The notes: a model not told the origin generated them from the sequence alone. A stretch of 64,000 bases of DNA from a virus (IMGVR_UViG_3300044733_003647:92658-156657); one strand, 5' to 3'. Numbered from the stretch's first letter, positions 21,184-30,553 are shown. Translations and numbers: made by a program.

Positions 21184-21453
21184 ATGACTAAATTATCCGC
21201 TAAGCAACGCCTACTTAACTTTCTGAGCAAGAAAGAAGGCTACAACACCCTCTCTACCGCACAAGCTCGTGCTCGCTTCGGCATCCAGAATGTCAGCGCT
21301 CGTATCGATGAGCTGCGTCAAGAAGGTCATGTTATCTACACGAACACCAAGACCCGCGCTGACGGTTCTAAGGTTTCTGTTTATCGTATGGGCACACCAA
21401 CCAAAGCTTTGGTTCGTGCTGCACGCCAAGCCGGTTACAGTTTCAACGCTTAA
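21184..21453 (+). CDS. Small winged-helix DNA-binding protein
   Basis: Basic 89 aa; ARARFGIQNVSARIDELRQEG HTH pattern; own promoter, SD (GGAG) and terminator. Confidence 0.7.
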   Translation: MTKLSAKQRLLNFLSKKEGYNTLSTAQARARFGIQNVSARIDELRQEGHVIYTNTKTRADGSKVSVYRMGTPTKALVRAARQAGYSFNA

Positions 21454-21466
21454 TTGACGTTTGACT

Positions 21467-21500
21467 GGGAGACCACCATGGGGTGGTTCTCCCTTTTTTT
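21467..21500 (+). terminator. Rho-independent terminator
   Basis: GGGAGACCACC-atgg-GGTGGTTCTCCC followed by T7. Confidence 0.88.
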
Positions 21501-21515
21501 ATTTTTGGAGAGATA

Positions 21516-22334
21516 ATGGAAATTTCAATTAAAAAAGAAGAGCTTCAAAAGAAAAGTATTTTCGTTGCAACACCTATGTATGGTGGTATGAATCACGGAC
21601 TGTATGCCAAGGCTTGCCTTGATTTGCAGTCTATTTGTATTCAGTATGGTGTACAAGTTAAATTTTCATTTCTCTTCAATGAATCTTTGATTACACGTGC
21701 AAGAAACTACCTTGTTGATGAGTTCTTAAATCGTTCAAACTGCACACATATGTTGTTTATTGACTCTGATATTCACTTTGATCCGAAAGATGTGATTGCA
21801 CTTCTTGCTCTGGACAAAGATGTTATCGGTGGTCCTTATCCTAAGAAAGCTATTAAATGGCGTTCTGTTAAGAAAGCCATGGAGAGAAATCCAGAAATCG
21901 ATGCTCAAGCTTTGGAGAAAGTAACTGGTGATTATGTTTTCAATCCCGTTCGTGGTACTGAAAAGTTTTCTGTGTCTGAACCACTTGAAGTTCTGGAAAT
22001 TGGTACGGGCTTTATGATGATTAAGCGTGAAGTATTCCCCAAGATGGAAGAAGCGTACCCACAGTTGCGTTATAAACCCGATCACGTTGGCCAGGCACAT
22101 TTTGATGGTTCGCGTTACATTCACGCTTTCTTTGATACTATCATTGATACTGAAGATTCTGCAACTGGCGGCGGCACAGATCGTTATCTGTCTGAAGATT
22201 ATATGTTCTGTCAACTCTGGCGTAAACTTGGTGGACAAATCTGGCTTTGCCCTTGGATGCGTACTGATCACATCGGTACATATCACTTCAAAGGCGACAT
22301 GCCTGCTGTTGCGAATTTTGTTGGAGAAATGTGA
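21516..22334 (+). CDS. GT-A fold glycosyltransferase-like protein
   Basis: ATPMYGG, ESLITRARN, FIDSD (DxD), LSEDYMFC. Confidence 0.75.
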   Translation: MEISIKKEELQKKSIFVATPMYGGMNHGLYAKACLDLQSICIQYGVQVKFSFLFNESLITRARNYLVDEFLNRSNCTHMLFIDSDIHFDPKDVIALLALDKDVIGGPYPKKAIKWRSVKKAMERNPEIDAQALEKVTGDYVFNPVRGTEKFSVSEPLEVLEIGTGFMMIKREVFPKMEEAYPQLRYKPDHVGQAHFDGSRYIHAFFDTIIDTEDSATGGGTDRYLSEDYMFCQLWRKLGGQIWLCPWMRTDHIGTYHFKGDMPAVANFVGEM

Positions 22335-22978
22335 TGATTGTAGGCCTACTTGGATTCATTGGTTCAGGTAAAGGCACAGCAGGTGACATCCTTAGAGACA
22401 TGGGCTTTACTCCTTTGAGTTTTGCCAAAGGTGTTAAGGATGTTGCCGCTGAAATGTTTGGCTGGCCTAGACACCTTCTAGAAGGTGATACTGATGCCTC
22501 CCGCAAGTGGCGAGAACAACCTGACGAATTTTGGTCTAAAGAATTTGGAAAAGATTTTACACCAAGACTCGCATTACAGTTGTTGGGCACAGAAGTTGGT
22601 AGAGATGTATTTCACAAAGATTTTTGGGTTATTAAAATGAAGAGATACATCATGTCGAACCCGGAACAAAATTTTGTTATCACTGATGTTCGTTTTGAAA
22701 ATGAAATACAATTTGTACATGATCAAGGTGGCATTTTGATTGAAATACAAAGAGGTGTTAAACCACATTGGTATGACATTGCAAGAAAAGCAAACCGCGG
22801 TGATCGTGCTGCAGAAAGCTTCATGTTGCGATCTGGTATACATGAATCTGAGTGGCGTTGGATTGGCGGACATATTGATTATATCATTGAGAATGATGGT
22901 ACATTGGAAGACTTGAAGAAAAAGGTCACCAAAAAACTTGAACTTTCCTACGGTTCTAGTACAATTGAAGAAATGTAA
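22331..22978 (+). CDS. gp1: Deoxynucleoside monophosphate kinase
   Basis: GFIGSGKGT, TPRLALQLLGTE, ITDVRFENE, HESE. Confidence 0.88.
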   Translation: MMIVGLLGFIGSGKGTAGDILRDMGFTPLSFAKGVKDVAAEMFGWPRHLLEGDTDASRKWREQPDEFWSKEFGKDFTPRLALQLLGTEVGRDVFHKDFWVIKMKRYIMSNPEQNFVITDVRFENEIQFVHDQGGILIEIQRGVKPHWYDIARKANRGDRAAESFMLRSGIHESEWRWIGGHIDYIIENDGTLEDLKKKVTKKLELSYGSSTIEEM

Positions 22979-22991
22979 TAAGGAGTATATT

Positions 22992-23666
22992 ATGAAATTA
23001 TCGAGTGAGACACTAACAGTGTTGAAAAACTTTGCTGGCATTAATTCCGGCATTGAATTTAAAACAGGCAATAAGATTGCAACCATTTCGTCAACTAAAA
23101 CGGTTCTTGCAAAAGCAACCTTACCTGATGAGTTCCCACAAGACTTTTGCATCTATGATCTGAATCAATTTTTGTCGGTGTTCTCTCTGAACAAAGATAC
23201 TGAATTGGATTTCGACACACAACACGTGATCTTTAAATCTGGTCGCAGCAAAACAAAATATCGTACTACTGTAAAGACGATGATCGTTTCTCCTCCAGAT
23301 AAAGAACTGAAACTACCAACAGTCGATGGTGAGTTTGTGTTGAAAGATGAAGACTTGGCCCAGGCATTGAAGAATGCTGCCGTTCTTGGATCGTCACACA
23401 TTGCATTTCAATCTGATGGTTCTAAAGTTGTCGTTTCGACATTCGATGCCAAGGATGATTCTGCACACACGAACACAATCGAAATCGGCGAGATTAATAA
23501 TGAAAAAGTTTTTAAGGCAGTTTTTCTTGCTGAAAACTTTAAGATGATTCCTGGCACTTACACTGTTGAAGTCTCGTCACAGGGGCTTGCTTCATTCAAG
23601 AATGAAAAGGGTGATCTGCAATATTGGATTGCCATCGAAGCCAAAGAATCTAAATTCGGAGAATAA
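22992..23666 (+). CDS. gp45: Sliding clamp
   Basis: MKLSSETLTVLKNFAGIN, IYDLNQFL, YWIAIE. Confidence 0.95.
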   Translation: MKLSSETLTVLKNFAGINSGIEFKTGNKIATISSTKTVLAKATLPDEFPQDFCIYDLNQFLSVFSLNKDTELDFDTQHVIFKSGRSKTKYRTTVKTMIVSPPDKELKLPTVDGEFVLKDEDLAQALKNAAVLGSSHIAFQSDGSKVVVSTFDAKDDSAHTNTIEIGEINNEKVFKAVFLAENFKMIPGTYTVEVSSQGLASFKNEKGDLQYWIAIEAKESKFGE

Positions 23667-23667
23667 C

Positions 23668-23865
23668 ATGTTGATTTATTTTACTGATGCAATGTCTAAA
23701 AAACCAATTGCAATTAATCCTGAACATGTTATTGCTGTATTGGAATCTCCAAATACGGAAGAAGTTCCGGGAAACACTGTCGTCAACTTGATCACAGGCA
23801 CTGTTGCTCTAGAACAAATGATGTTGGATGTTGTTGGATTGATTAATGGAGAACTTAACAAATGA
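23668..23865 (+). CDS. Hypothetical protein
   Basis: 65-aa ORF from ATG 23668 with GGAG SD. Confidence 0.55.
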   Translation: MLIYFTDAMSKKPIAINPEHVIAVLESPNTEEVPGNTVVNLITGTVALEQMMLDVVGLINGELNK

Positions 23866-24137
23866 CTAAAGTGAATACACTATTTGGTTCTTATGATGAA
23901 GAACAACTTAAAAAATTGAAAGGTTATGTTGATGAGATGGTTCTACACATGAACCGCAATCAATCGAATAATGAGGCAATCAAAGATATCGTTGATGCTG
24001 CCAATGATGAGTTGAAAGTTCCTAAAAAGATTGTTAAACGCATGGCAAAAACCCAGTTCAAACAATCTTTCCACACAGAGGTTGCCGAATCTAAAGAATT
24101 TGAAGCCCTTTTCGAATCGATGTTGGATGTAAAATGA
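23862..24137 (+). CDS. dsbA: dsDNA-binding protein (T4 DsbA-like)
   Basis: IKDIVDAANDELKVPKKIVKRMAK..K pattern; helical 91 aa. Confidence 0.65.
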   Translation: MTKVNTLFGSYDEEQLKKLKGYVDEMVLHMNRNQSNNEAIKDIVDAANDELKVPKKIVKRMAKTQFKQSFHTEVAESKEFEALFESMLDVK

Positions 24138-24481
24138 ATCCGGCCAGCAGAAGAAATTTTGCAAAAGGCCTGGGATTAACAGGCCTTTTTTTGGCTGGCG
24201 TTGCAGGTTACAAAGAAGTCCAAGAACGTATTGTTTATAAACAAGATGAGTTGCCAACCAAAGAGTTGGAAAAACAACTTGAAAAGAAACCTGTGTTGCA
24301 ACTTCAAGCAACATATGGTGAAGAATTGCCACCACAACAGAGTATTTATGGAAATTATTTTCTTGTTGGTATGGGACCAAATTATAAACCTGGAACAGAG
24401 AAACATGTTTCGGTGAATATTGCACCAGGTCCTGATGGTAAACTTTACGTCAAAGAGAATGACACCTGGCGTAAAATCTGA
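24134..24481 (+). CDS. Hypothetical protein with twin-arginine (Tat)-like signal
   Basis: N-terminus SRRNFAKGLGLTGLFLAG. Confidence 0.6.
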   Translation: MNPASRRNFAKGLGLTGLFLAGVAGYKEVQERIVYKQDELPTKELEKQLEKKPVLQLQATYGEELPPQQSIYGNYFLVGMGPNYKPGTEKHVSVNIAPGPDGKLYVKENDTWRKI

Positions 24482-24513
24482 TACAATGTTATTTTATATT
24501 ATGGAGAATTTGA

Positions 24514-25449
24514 ATGAACGAACACATGTTGTGGGTGGAGAAGTATCGTCCTAAGACCATCGAGGAATGTATTCTTCCTGATGCACTCAAAAAGACATTT
24601 CAGGACTTTGTAAATCAGAAGAAGATTCCCAACCTTCTTTTGTCAGGCACCGCAGGTGTCGGTAAAACCACCGTTGCAAGAGCCCTCTGTGAAGAGATTG
24701 GATGCGATTACATCATCATCAACGGTTCTGATGAGTCTGGTATCGATGTTCTGCGGAACAAAATCAAGAACTATGCGTCCTCAATGTCCTTATCTGGTGG
24801 ACGCAAAGTTGTTATTCTAGACGAAGCGGACTATCTAAATCCAAATTCGACGCAACCTGCGCTGCGTGGTGCAATCGAAGAGTTTGCTTCTAACTGCTCG
24901 TTTATCTTTACTTGCAATTACAAGAATCGGATTATCGATCCTATTCATTCTCGTTGCACAGTAATCGACTTTAAAGCTAATGGCAGCAAAGCCAAGATGG
25001 CATCACAGTTCTTTAAACGTGTTGAAAATATCCTTCAGACTGAAGATATCACTTACGAAAAAGAAGTTGTTGCATCCGTTATCACTAAACACTTTCCAGA
25101 CAATCGTAGAATTCTGAACGAACTTCAGAGATATGCTGCTGGCGGTACTATCGATAAAGGTATTCTGGCATCAGTTTCTGAAATTCGTATTACTGAACTT
25201 ATCACTGCACTCAAAGACAAAGACTTTGCATCGTGCCGTAAGTGGGTCACAAACAACCTGGACAATGATCCGACACGCATTTTCAGAAACATCTATGATG
25301 GTTTGTATGGTGTTCTAGAAGCAAACTCTGTGCCACAGATGGTTGTGATTCTGGCGAAATACCAATATCAAGCCGCATTTGTTGCAGACCATGAGATTAA
25401 TCTGATCGCATGTCTGACTGAAATCATGGTTGAGTGTCAGTTCAAATGA
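24514..25449 (+). CDS. gp44: Clamp loader ATPase subunit
   Basis: WVEKYRP, GTAGVGKTT, LDEAD, SRC. Confidence 0.96.
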   Translation: MNEHMLWVEKYRPKTIEECILPDALKKTFQDFVNQKKIPNLLLSGTAGVGKTTVARALCEEIGCDYIIINGSDESGIDVLRNKIKNYASSMSLSGGRKVVILDEADYLNPNSTQPALRGAIEEFASNCSFIFTCNYKNRIIDPIHSRCTVIDFKANGSKAKMASQFFKRVENILQTEDITYEKEVVASVITKHFPDNRRILNELQRYAAGGTIDKGILASVSEIRITELITALKDKDFASCRKWVTNNLDNDPTRIFRNIYDGLYGVLEANSVPQMVVILAKYQYQAAFVADHEINLIACLTEIMVECQFK

Positions 25450-25814
25450 GTCCGTTCGATTATGTGGATCTGATTCTTCAAAAGAAGAAGGCAGAAGATG
25501 AACTGGATTTCAAGGATTACGCACCCTTTATTGTTAATCGGTCTTTGTCATATCATCTAGATTGCGTACTGTATGCAAGTGAAATGAATCTTTGGCCAGG
25601 TATCGACAAAGACATGCAATACCAGTATTTTCTAAATAACATTAGACCCATGAAGCGCAAGTTCGCTCCGTGGCAAAAGTCTAAAAAAGATGAGAATATT
25701 GATTGCGTAAAAACCTACTTTGGGTATTCGAATCAAAAAGCCAAAGAGGCTTTGCGTATTCTCACCGATGAACAAATCTCTGAAATAAGAATAAAAACAG
25801 ATAAGGGTGGGTGA
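25446..25814 (+). CDS. gp62: Clamp loader small subunit
   Basis: YAPFIVNRSLS, YFGYSNQKAKEAL; follows gp44. Confidence 0.9.
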   Translation: MSPFDYVDLILQKKKAEDELDFKDYAPFIVNRSLSYHLDCVLYASEMNLWPGIDKDMQYQYFLNNIRPMKRKFAPWQKSKKDENIDCVKTYFGYSNQKAKEALRILTDEQISEIRIKTDKGG

Positions 25815-25815
25815 A

Positions 25816-26223
25816 ATGAATGACGTTAGGAATTTGGTAGAAGTAACTTTAAAAGAAAAAGATGATTTTCTAAAGGTGCGTGAAACACTTACCCGTATCG
25901 GTGTTGCATCTAAAAAAGACAAAACTCTTTATCAATCTTGCCACATTCTGCACAAACGTGGGCAGTACTATGTGGTACATTTCAAAGAATTATTTGCTCT
26001 AGACGGAAAAGAAACCGATATTACCGACAATGACCTATCTCGCAGAAATGCGATTGTTAACTTGTTGGAAGATTGGGGTCTTTTAAAAATTGTCAACAAA
26101 GAGCAAACAAAAACTCCAGAACCTATCTTCCTTTCTCAGGTGAAGATCATTTCACATAAAGAAAAAGATGAGTGGCAACTGGTACCGAAATACAATATCG
26201 GTAAACGTTCAAATAATTCTTGA
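25816..26223 (+). CDS. regA: Translational repressor RegA
   Basis: DDFLKVRETLTRIGVAS, LYQSCHILHKRG, WQLVPKYNIG. Confidence 0.96.
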   Translation: MNDVRNLVEVTLKEKDDFLKVRETLTRIGVASKKDKTLYQSCHILHKRGQYYVVHFKELFALDGKETDITDNDLSRRNAIVNLLEDWGLLKIVNKEQTKTPEPIFLSQVKIISHKEKDEWQLVPKYNIGKRSNNS

Positions 26224-26248
26224 CATCCAATATAAATAATTGTATAAT
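26220..26248 (+). promoter_or_regulatory. Nested sigma70 and late promoters upstream of hsp20 leader
   Basis: TTGACA-17-TATAAT with TATAAATA (26231-26238) inside the spacer. Confidence 0.8.
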
Positions 26249-26253
26249 CCTAG

Positions 26254-26440
26254 TCCCATCGGGATGGGAAACTACCATGCCTGTGAAGGGTAGTAAAAGA
26301 ACCACAGGTGCCAATTCTGCCCACCTTAGGGCCTGTTTGTCGCTACGGTAAAAGGCGTCCGTGTAATTACACCTCTGACACGAAAGTTCAGACCAGTATA
26401 AGGTAAGCTGGATTAACCGCAACGCCTTCGGGGTTGCAAT
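26254..26440 (+). ncRNA. Structured RNA / long 5' leader of hsp20
   Basis: GC-rich island with several hairpins, a pseudoknot, a loop-loop complementarity and a UUCG-capped stem. Confidence 0.65.
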
Positions 26441-26445
26441 TTTTT

Positions 26446-26472
26446 GTACTCGCTTAATAGGAGAACTATATG
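26446..26472 (+). promoter_or_regulatory. ROSE-like RNA thermometer hairpin
   Basis: CTCGCT-taat-AGGAG: U(C)GCU motif with bulged G pairing the SD, directly before a small heat-shock gene. Confidence 0.7.
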
Positions 26473-26931
26473 ACATACGTAAAAGATGTGTTCGGCAAAG
26501 ACCTTTTCGACTTCCACAAATTTGACCCTTTCGCTGTTGGTTACGACAAGATGTTCGATGACCTGCAAGAAATGGCAAAGAATGTGACTAAGGCTATTCC
26601 TTCTTATCCCCCATATAACATTCGCCAAGTCAAAGATAACAAATGGGTTATCGAACTGGCAGTTGCAGGTTTTGCAAAATCTGATATTGAGGTAACTCTA
26701 GAAGGTAATAAATTGGTTATCAAAGGCGCAACACAGGACAATGAGCCTGAAGAAGGTACATTCCTACACAAAGGCATTGCTACTCGCAATTTCACCCGCG
26801 AATTCAAACTTGCGGACAAAATCGAAATTGAAAATGCGGAACTTACCAATGGTATGTTAAAGATTTGGTTGGAAAACCTAGTCAAAACACAAGACATGGT
26901 CAAGAAAATTTCCGTGAAAAGTAAAGAATAA
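26470..26931 (+). CDS. hsp20: Small heat shock protein (Hsp20/IbpA-like)
   Basis: YPPYNI, ELAVAGF, HKGIATRNFTREF, NGMLKI. Confidence 0.95.
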   Translation: MTYVKDVFGKDLFDFHKFDPFAVGYDKMFDDLQEMAKNVTKAIPSYPPYNIRQVKDNKWVIELAVAGFAKSDIEVTLEGNKLVIKGATQDNEPEEGTFLHKGIATRNFTREFKLADKIEIENAELTNGMLKIWLENLVKTQDMVKKISVKSKE

Positions 26932-26932
26932 A

Positions 26933-27019
26933 ATGATTAGAAAATTATTCGAAGCTTTTTTGGAAGCAATTCAAAATCTTAAAAAATATAAATCTGGACC
27001 AAGTATAAAAGGTAGTTAA
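26933..27019 (+). CDS. Small hypothetical peptide (28 aa, amphipathic)
   Basis: MIRKLFEAFLEAIQNLKKYKSGPSIKGS directly after hsp20 stop; below ORF-track cutoff. Confidence 0.4.
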   Translation: MIRKLFEAFLEAIQNLKKYKSGPSIKGS

Positions 27020-27040
27020 TACCAAAACCAAATGGAGGGC

Positions 27041-27069
27041 TTGACAGGCCCTCCACTTTATTGTATAAT
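27041..27069 (+). promoter_or_regulatory. sigma70 promoter with -35 in a hairpin loop
   Basis: TTGACA-17-TATAAT; -35 lies within the TGGAGGGC/GCCCTCCA inverted repeat. Confidence 0.75.
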
Positions 27070-27075
27070 TTTATT

Positions 27076-27273
27076 ATGAAAACGCAAAAAAAATCTATTC
27101 TCAAAAAAGTCCGTGTGAAAATCTCAAATGAGGAGTTCTACACGTTCTCTGATTGGCCATCAAAGGAAATTGATGGTGTGGAATTTATTGCCGTGAATAA
27201 ACGTCTTCCAGCAGGTAATCAAACACAACTAATCCATTGGTTGCGTAAAGATAGCGTAGAATATATCAAATAA
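27076..27273 (+). CDS. Hypothetical protein (possibly leaderless)
   Basis: ATG 6 nt after the -10 box; no SD. Confidence 0.55.
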   Translation: MKTQKKSILKKVRVKISNEEFYTFSDWPSKEIDGVEFIAVNKRLPAGNQTQLIHWLRKDSVEYIK

Positions 27274-27278
27274 TATTT

Positions 27279-27354
<76 letters not shown>

Positions 27355-27372
27355 TTTTAAAAAAGGAAAAAC

Positions 27373-27822
27373 ATGTCTACCACAATAAAAAACTTAGAGA
27401 GTGCATTGGCTGGTGAGTCAATGGCACATATTAAATATCGCTATTTCGCCAAGATTGCCCAAGATGAAGGTTTTGAGGACATTGCTAAACATTTTTGGCA
27501 TACCGCAGACCAAGAACTTCTACATGCATGGGGTCACCTTGAGTTGTTGATTGGTAAGCCTTCCACTAAAGAATGTTTGGAGAAAGCAATTGAAGGTGAA
27601 ACGTATGAATTCACCACAATGTATCCAGATTTTCAACGTGCAGCTGAACTTGAAGGTGATCTTACCGCCTCAATGGAAGCAAAAGTACAAATTGAAGAAT
27701 CTAAAGAACACGCCGAACAATTTAAAAAGGTTCTTGAATTGGCAGAGAAACGTTTCGCTGCACTTGCTAAGGTCGAGAAACGCCACGCAGAAGCATATCA
27801 ACAAAAACTAGGAGAACTATAA
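27373..27822 (+). CDS. Rubrerythrin (ferritin-like diiron domain only)
   Basis: ALAGESMA, QELLHA, GETYE, ESKEHA ExxH motifs. Confidence 0.9.
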   Translation: MSTTIKNLESALAGESMAHIKYRYFAKIAQDEGFEDIAKHFWHTADQELLHAWGHLELLIGKPSTKECLEKAIEGETYEFTTMYPDFQRAAELEGDLTASMEAKVQIEESKEHAEQFKKVLELAEKRFAALAKVEKRHAEAYQQKLGEL

Positions 27823-27953
27823 TGAGTGAGAAAGTATATGTTTGTATCGTTTGTGGTCACACATTGTCTGAAGCAGATTATTTGAGTCTGCCAGATTCAG
27901 TTAATTGTCCCGAGTGTGGTGTTTCTAAAGAAGATTATGTTTTGATGGAGTAA
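27822..27953 (+). CDS. Rubredoxin (43 aa, missed by ORF track)
   Basis: MSEKVYVCIVCGH...LPDSVNCPECGVSKEDY; two CxxCG motifs; GGAG SD; TAATG coupling. Confidence 0.88.
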   Translation: MSEKVYVCIVCGHTLSEADYLSLPDSVNCPECGVSKEDYVLME

Positions 27954-27956
27954 TTT

Positions 27957-28367
27957 ATGGACTGCATGGTTATTGGTGATAGCATTGCGGTTGGTACAGC
28001 AATGTACCGACCAGAATGTGTTAGTTATTCGCGTGGTGGTTGGAATACTTGGCAGTGGAATAGAGATTATCTTTCTATGGCATCAAGTAAATCTTATAAG
28101 ACAGTGATTATTAGTTTGGGTGCTAATGACCATGCAGGCGTAAAAACTGAGCAAGAACTCCGCAAAATGCGTCAAAACATTAAAGCGGATAGAGTTTTTT
28201 GGATTAGTCCAGGTATGGAACGCAAGCCTGTACCTCAAACTGCAATCGAAAAAATTGCAAAAGAATATGGTGATTTTGTTTTACCTAGACCTAAAGATCA
28301 TATGAGTACTGATGGAATTCATCCTACAGGTAAAGGTTATAAAATTCTGGCAGAACAATCTAGATGA
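27957..28367 (+). CDS. SGNH/GDSL hydrolase
   Basis: GDSI, SLGAND, DGIHPT. Confidence 0.85.
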   Translation: MDCMVIGDSIAVGTAMYRPECVSYSRGGWNTWQWNRDYLSMASSKSYKTVIISLGANDHAGVKTEQELRKMRQNIKADRVFWISPGMERKPVPQTAIEKIAKEYGDFVLPRPKDHMSTDGIHPTGKGYKILAEQSR

Positions 28368-28379
28368 ATACGAAGTTCC

Positions 28380-28874
28380 TTAAGTTTTTGTAAAGATTAG
28401 CCACATAAATTTAATAAAGGCAATTAAAATAAACAATCCAATCAAAGAAACAACTATGGTTAAAAAATCTTCTGCCATTTGTTCTCTTTGTTTGGCTTTT
28501 GCTTTTATCATTTCCCTTTCAGCAGCATTTCTCTCTTTGATTAGGCGTGTTCGTTCGCGGAGCATGTCTTCCCAAACATCTCCGTTGCCACTGTATATCA
28601 ACAGTTCTTTAAGTTCTTTTTCGGCATCTCTGAGTCTTTTCGAATTCATTGCAAGTTCTAAAGCTACAGCACCTAATTCACTGTCACTTTTACCAACATT
28701 TTTTGCTTTCAGTTTAACTGAAGCTGAATGTACCGTATCGGATGAATTGAAAAATTTTATAAACTCACCGGTTAAAGAATGAATATCTTTACCTAGAGCC
28801 ATTGCTTTTTTGATATTATTAACTGACGATTGAGCCACACTAAAAGCGATGCCGATTGTTACAGGATCAATCAT
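28380..28874 (-). CDS. Hypothetical coiled-coil protein with C-terminal TM helix
   Basis: MIDPVTIG start; hydrophobic C-terminus; late-promoter-like CTAAATA just upstream on minus strand. Confidence 0.7.
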   Translation of the reverse strand: MIDPVTIGIAFSVAQSSVNNIKKAMALGKDIHSLTGEFIKFFNSSDTVHSASVKLKAKNVGKSDSELGAVALELAMNSKRLRDAEKELKELLIYSGNGDVWEDMLRERTRLIKERNAAEREMIKAKAKQREQMAEDFLTIVVSLIGLFILIAFIKFMWLIFTKT

Positions 28875-28894
28875 ATAATTATTTAGGATGTGAA

Positions 28895-29410
28895 ATGAAA
28901 GAAAAATTTATTAATGCATATATGAAAACGGCCGAGGTGTTCGCAGAACTATCCTCGGCTCGTAGACTCCATGTCGGTGCGATTGTTGTAAAAGATGATC
29001 GCATCATTTCAATTGGTTATAATGGTACTCCTTCTGGTTGGGATAACAACTGTGAAGATAAAGAGTATATGGACCAAGGAGCTGGTGGTTGGCTCAGTCC
29101 AGAAGAAATTGAACATTCATGGCCAAACCTAGAACAACAACTTCCAAAAGAATCCAATATTTGGAAAAGATATAAGTTAACAACCAAACCTGAGGTACTT
29201 CATGCTGAAACAAATGCAATTGCAAAGTTGGCTAAAAATGGCGCTTCTTCTAATGGTGCTGTATTGTTTGTTACTCACGCTCCTTGTTTGGATTGCGCCA
29301 AGCTTGTATATCAAAGTGGCATCAATTCTGTGTATTATCGCAACAGTTATCGTAGTGAAAGTGGCATTCAATTCTTGGAGAAAGCTGGAGTTAAAGTAGA
29401 GAAAATTTAG
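28895..29410 (+). CDS. cd: dCMP deaminase
   Basis: IGYNG, HAETNAI, PCLDC. Confidence 0.93.
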   Translation: MKEKFINAYMKTAEVFAELSSARRLHVGAIVVKDDRIISIGYNGTPSGWDNNCEDKEYMDQGAGGWLSPEEIEHSWPNLEQQLPKESNIWKRYKLTTKPEVLHAETNAIAKLAKNGASSNGAVLFVTHAPCLDCAKLVYQSGINSVYYRNSYRSESGIQFLEKAGVKVEKI

Positions 29411-29458
29411 TTGATAAATATATGTGGGTAATAGTGTCTCAAAAATGGAGATTCTTTG

Positions 29459-29965
29459 ATGCAGGTACGTATACTTAACTGTCCAGATAAAGACTTCAGA
29501 CCTTTCGTTGAGAGAGCTGCCGTTTTTTACGCCAAAGAACTTATACCAAATACCAGAATTCGAAATAATTGCCTAACAGAAATACATTTCGATACTAAAT
29601 TAGATGATTATGGCTTCGCAAGTGTAGAAGATTACAATAGCAGAAAACAACCTAGACATTTTATTATCGAAATCAATCCACTTATTGGTTCCAGAAGAAT
29701 ACTTGAAACACTTGCACATGAAATGGTACACGTGAAACAGTACATTTTTGGTGAAACCAATGATACATTAACCAAATGGCGTAATAAAAAATTAGATCCT
29801 GATAAAATAGATTATTGGGTACAGCCTTGGGAAATAGATGCGTATGGCAGAGAAACAGGTTTATTAACCAAGTTTGCGATATCAGAACTTCTATGGGAAG
29901 TATTTGACGACTTTGTTGACCCTTCTGGCCCAATACAAGAAAAACCAATTGCCTGGAAAAGATAA
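29459..29965 (+). CDS. HExxH zinc metallopeptidase-like protein
   Basis: LAHEMVHVKQ, PWEIDAY. Confidence 0.75.
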   Translation: MQVRILNCPDKDFRPFVERAAVFYAKELIPNTRIRNNCLTEIHFDTKLDDYGFASVEDYNSRKQPRHFIIEINPLIGSRRILETLAHEMVHVKQYIFGETNDTLTKWRNKKLDPDKIDYWVQPWEIDAYGRETGLLTKFAISELLWEVFDDFVDPSGPIQEKPIAWKR

Positions 29966-30510
29966 TGTCACACAAAGCACAATTAAATTTTGTTAATCGA
30001 TTAAAAGAAAATAAACCTAATTTTTTTAATAATGCAAAAATTATTGAAATTGGAAGTTTGGATATTAATGGAACAATTAGAAGTTTTTTTGAAAATTGTG
30101 ATTATGTTGGTGTCGATGTTGGGCCGGGAAAAGGAGTCGATTTGGTTTGTGAAGGTCAAAAAGTAGATCATCCAGACAACACTTATGATGTTTCTTGTTC
30201 TTGTAATTGTTTCGAACATAATCCATATTGGGTTGAAACATTTAGAAATATGTTTAGATTAACAAAAAGTGGTGGACTAATTTTTGTTTCTGTTCCTACC
30301 ACGGGAAGACCGCCTCATGGTACACATGAAATTTCTCCGGAAGATAGTCCATTAACAATAAGCATTGGTTGGAATTACTATAAAAATTTAACCGAAAAAG
30401 ACTTTACTGATAATTTTAATTTAAATGAAATGTTTAGTGAATTTAAATTTGAAGAATACCATGAAGAAAATAGTGAACATGATTTATACTTTTTTGGTAT
30501 TAAAAAATAA
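29965..30510 (+). CDS. Class I SAM-dependent methyltransferase
   Basis: IIEIGS, GVD, FEH, LTKSGGLI; very AT-rich. Confidence 0.8.
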   Translation: MSHKAQLNFVNRLKENKPNFFNNAKIIEIGSLDINGTIRSFFENCDYVGVDVGPGKGVDLVCEGQKVDHPDNTYDVSCSCNCFEHNPYWVETFRNMFRLTKSGGLIFVSVPTTGRPPHGTHEISPEDSPLTISIGWNYYKNLTEKDFTDNFNLNEMFSEFKFEEYHEENSEHDLYFFGIKK

Positions 30511-30524
30511 TTTTTAAAAACCGC

Positions 30525-30553
30525 TTGACAAACAAACAAAACGCCTATATAAT
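30525..30553 (+). promoter_or_regulatory. sigma70 promoter of leader/tRNA array
   Basis: TTGACA-17 nt-TATAAT. Confidence 0.85.

Noticed and set aside
26147-26628. Minus-strand ORFs across the hsp20 leader
   Set aside because: Overlap regA/hsp20 antisense; no SD or motif; region better explained as structured RNA.
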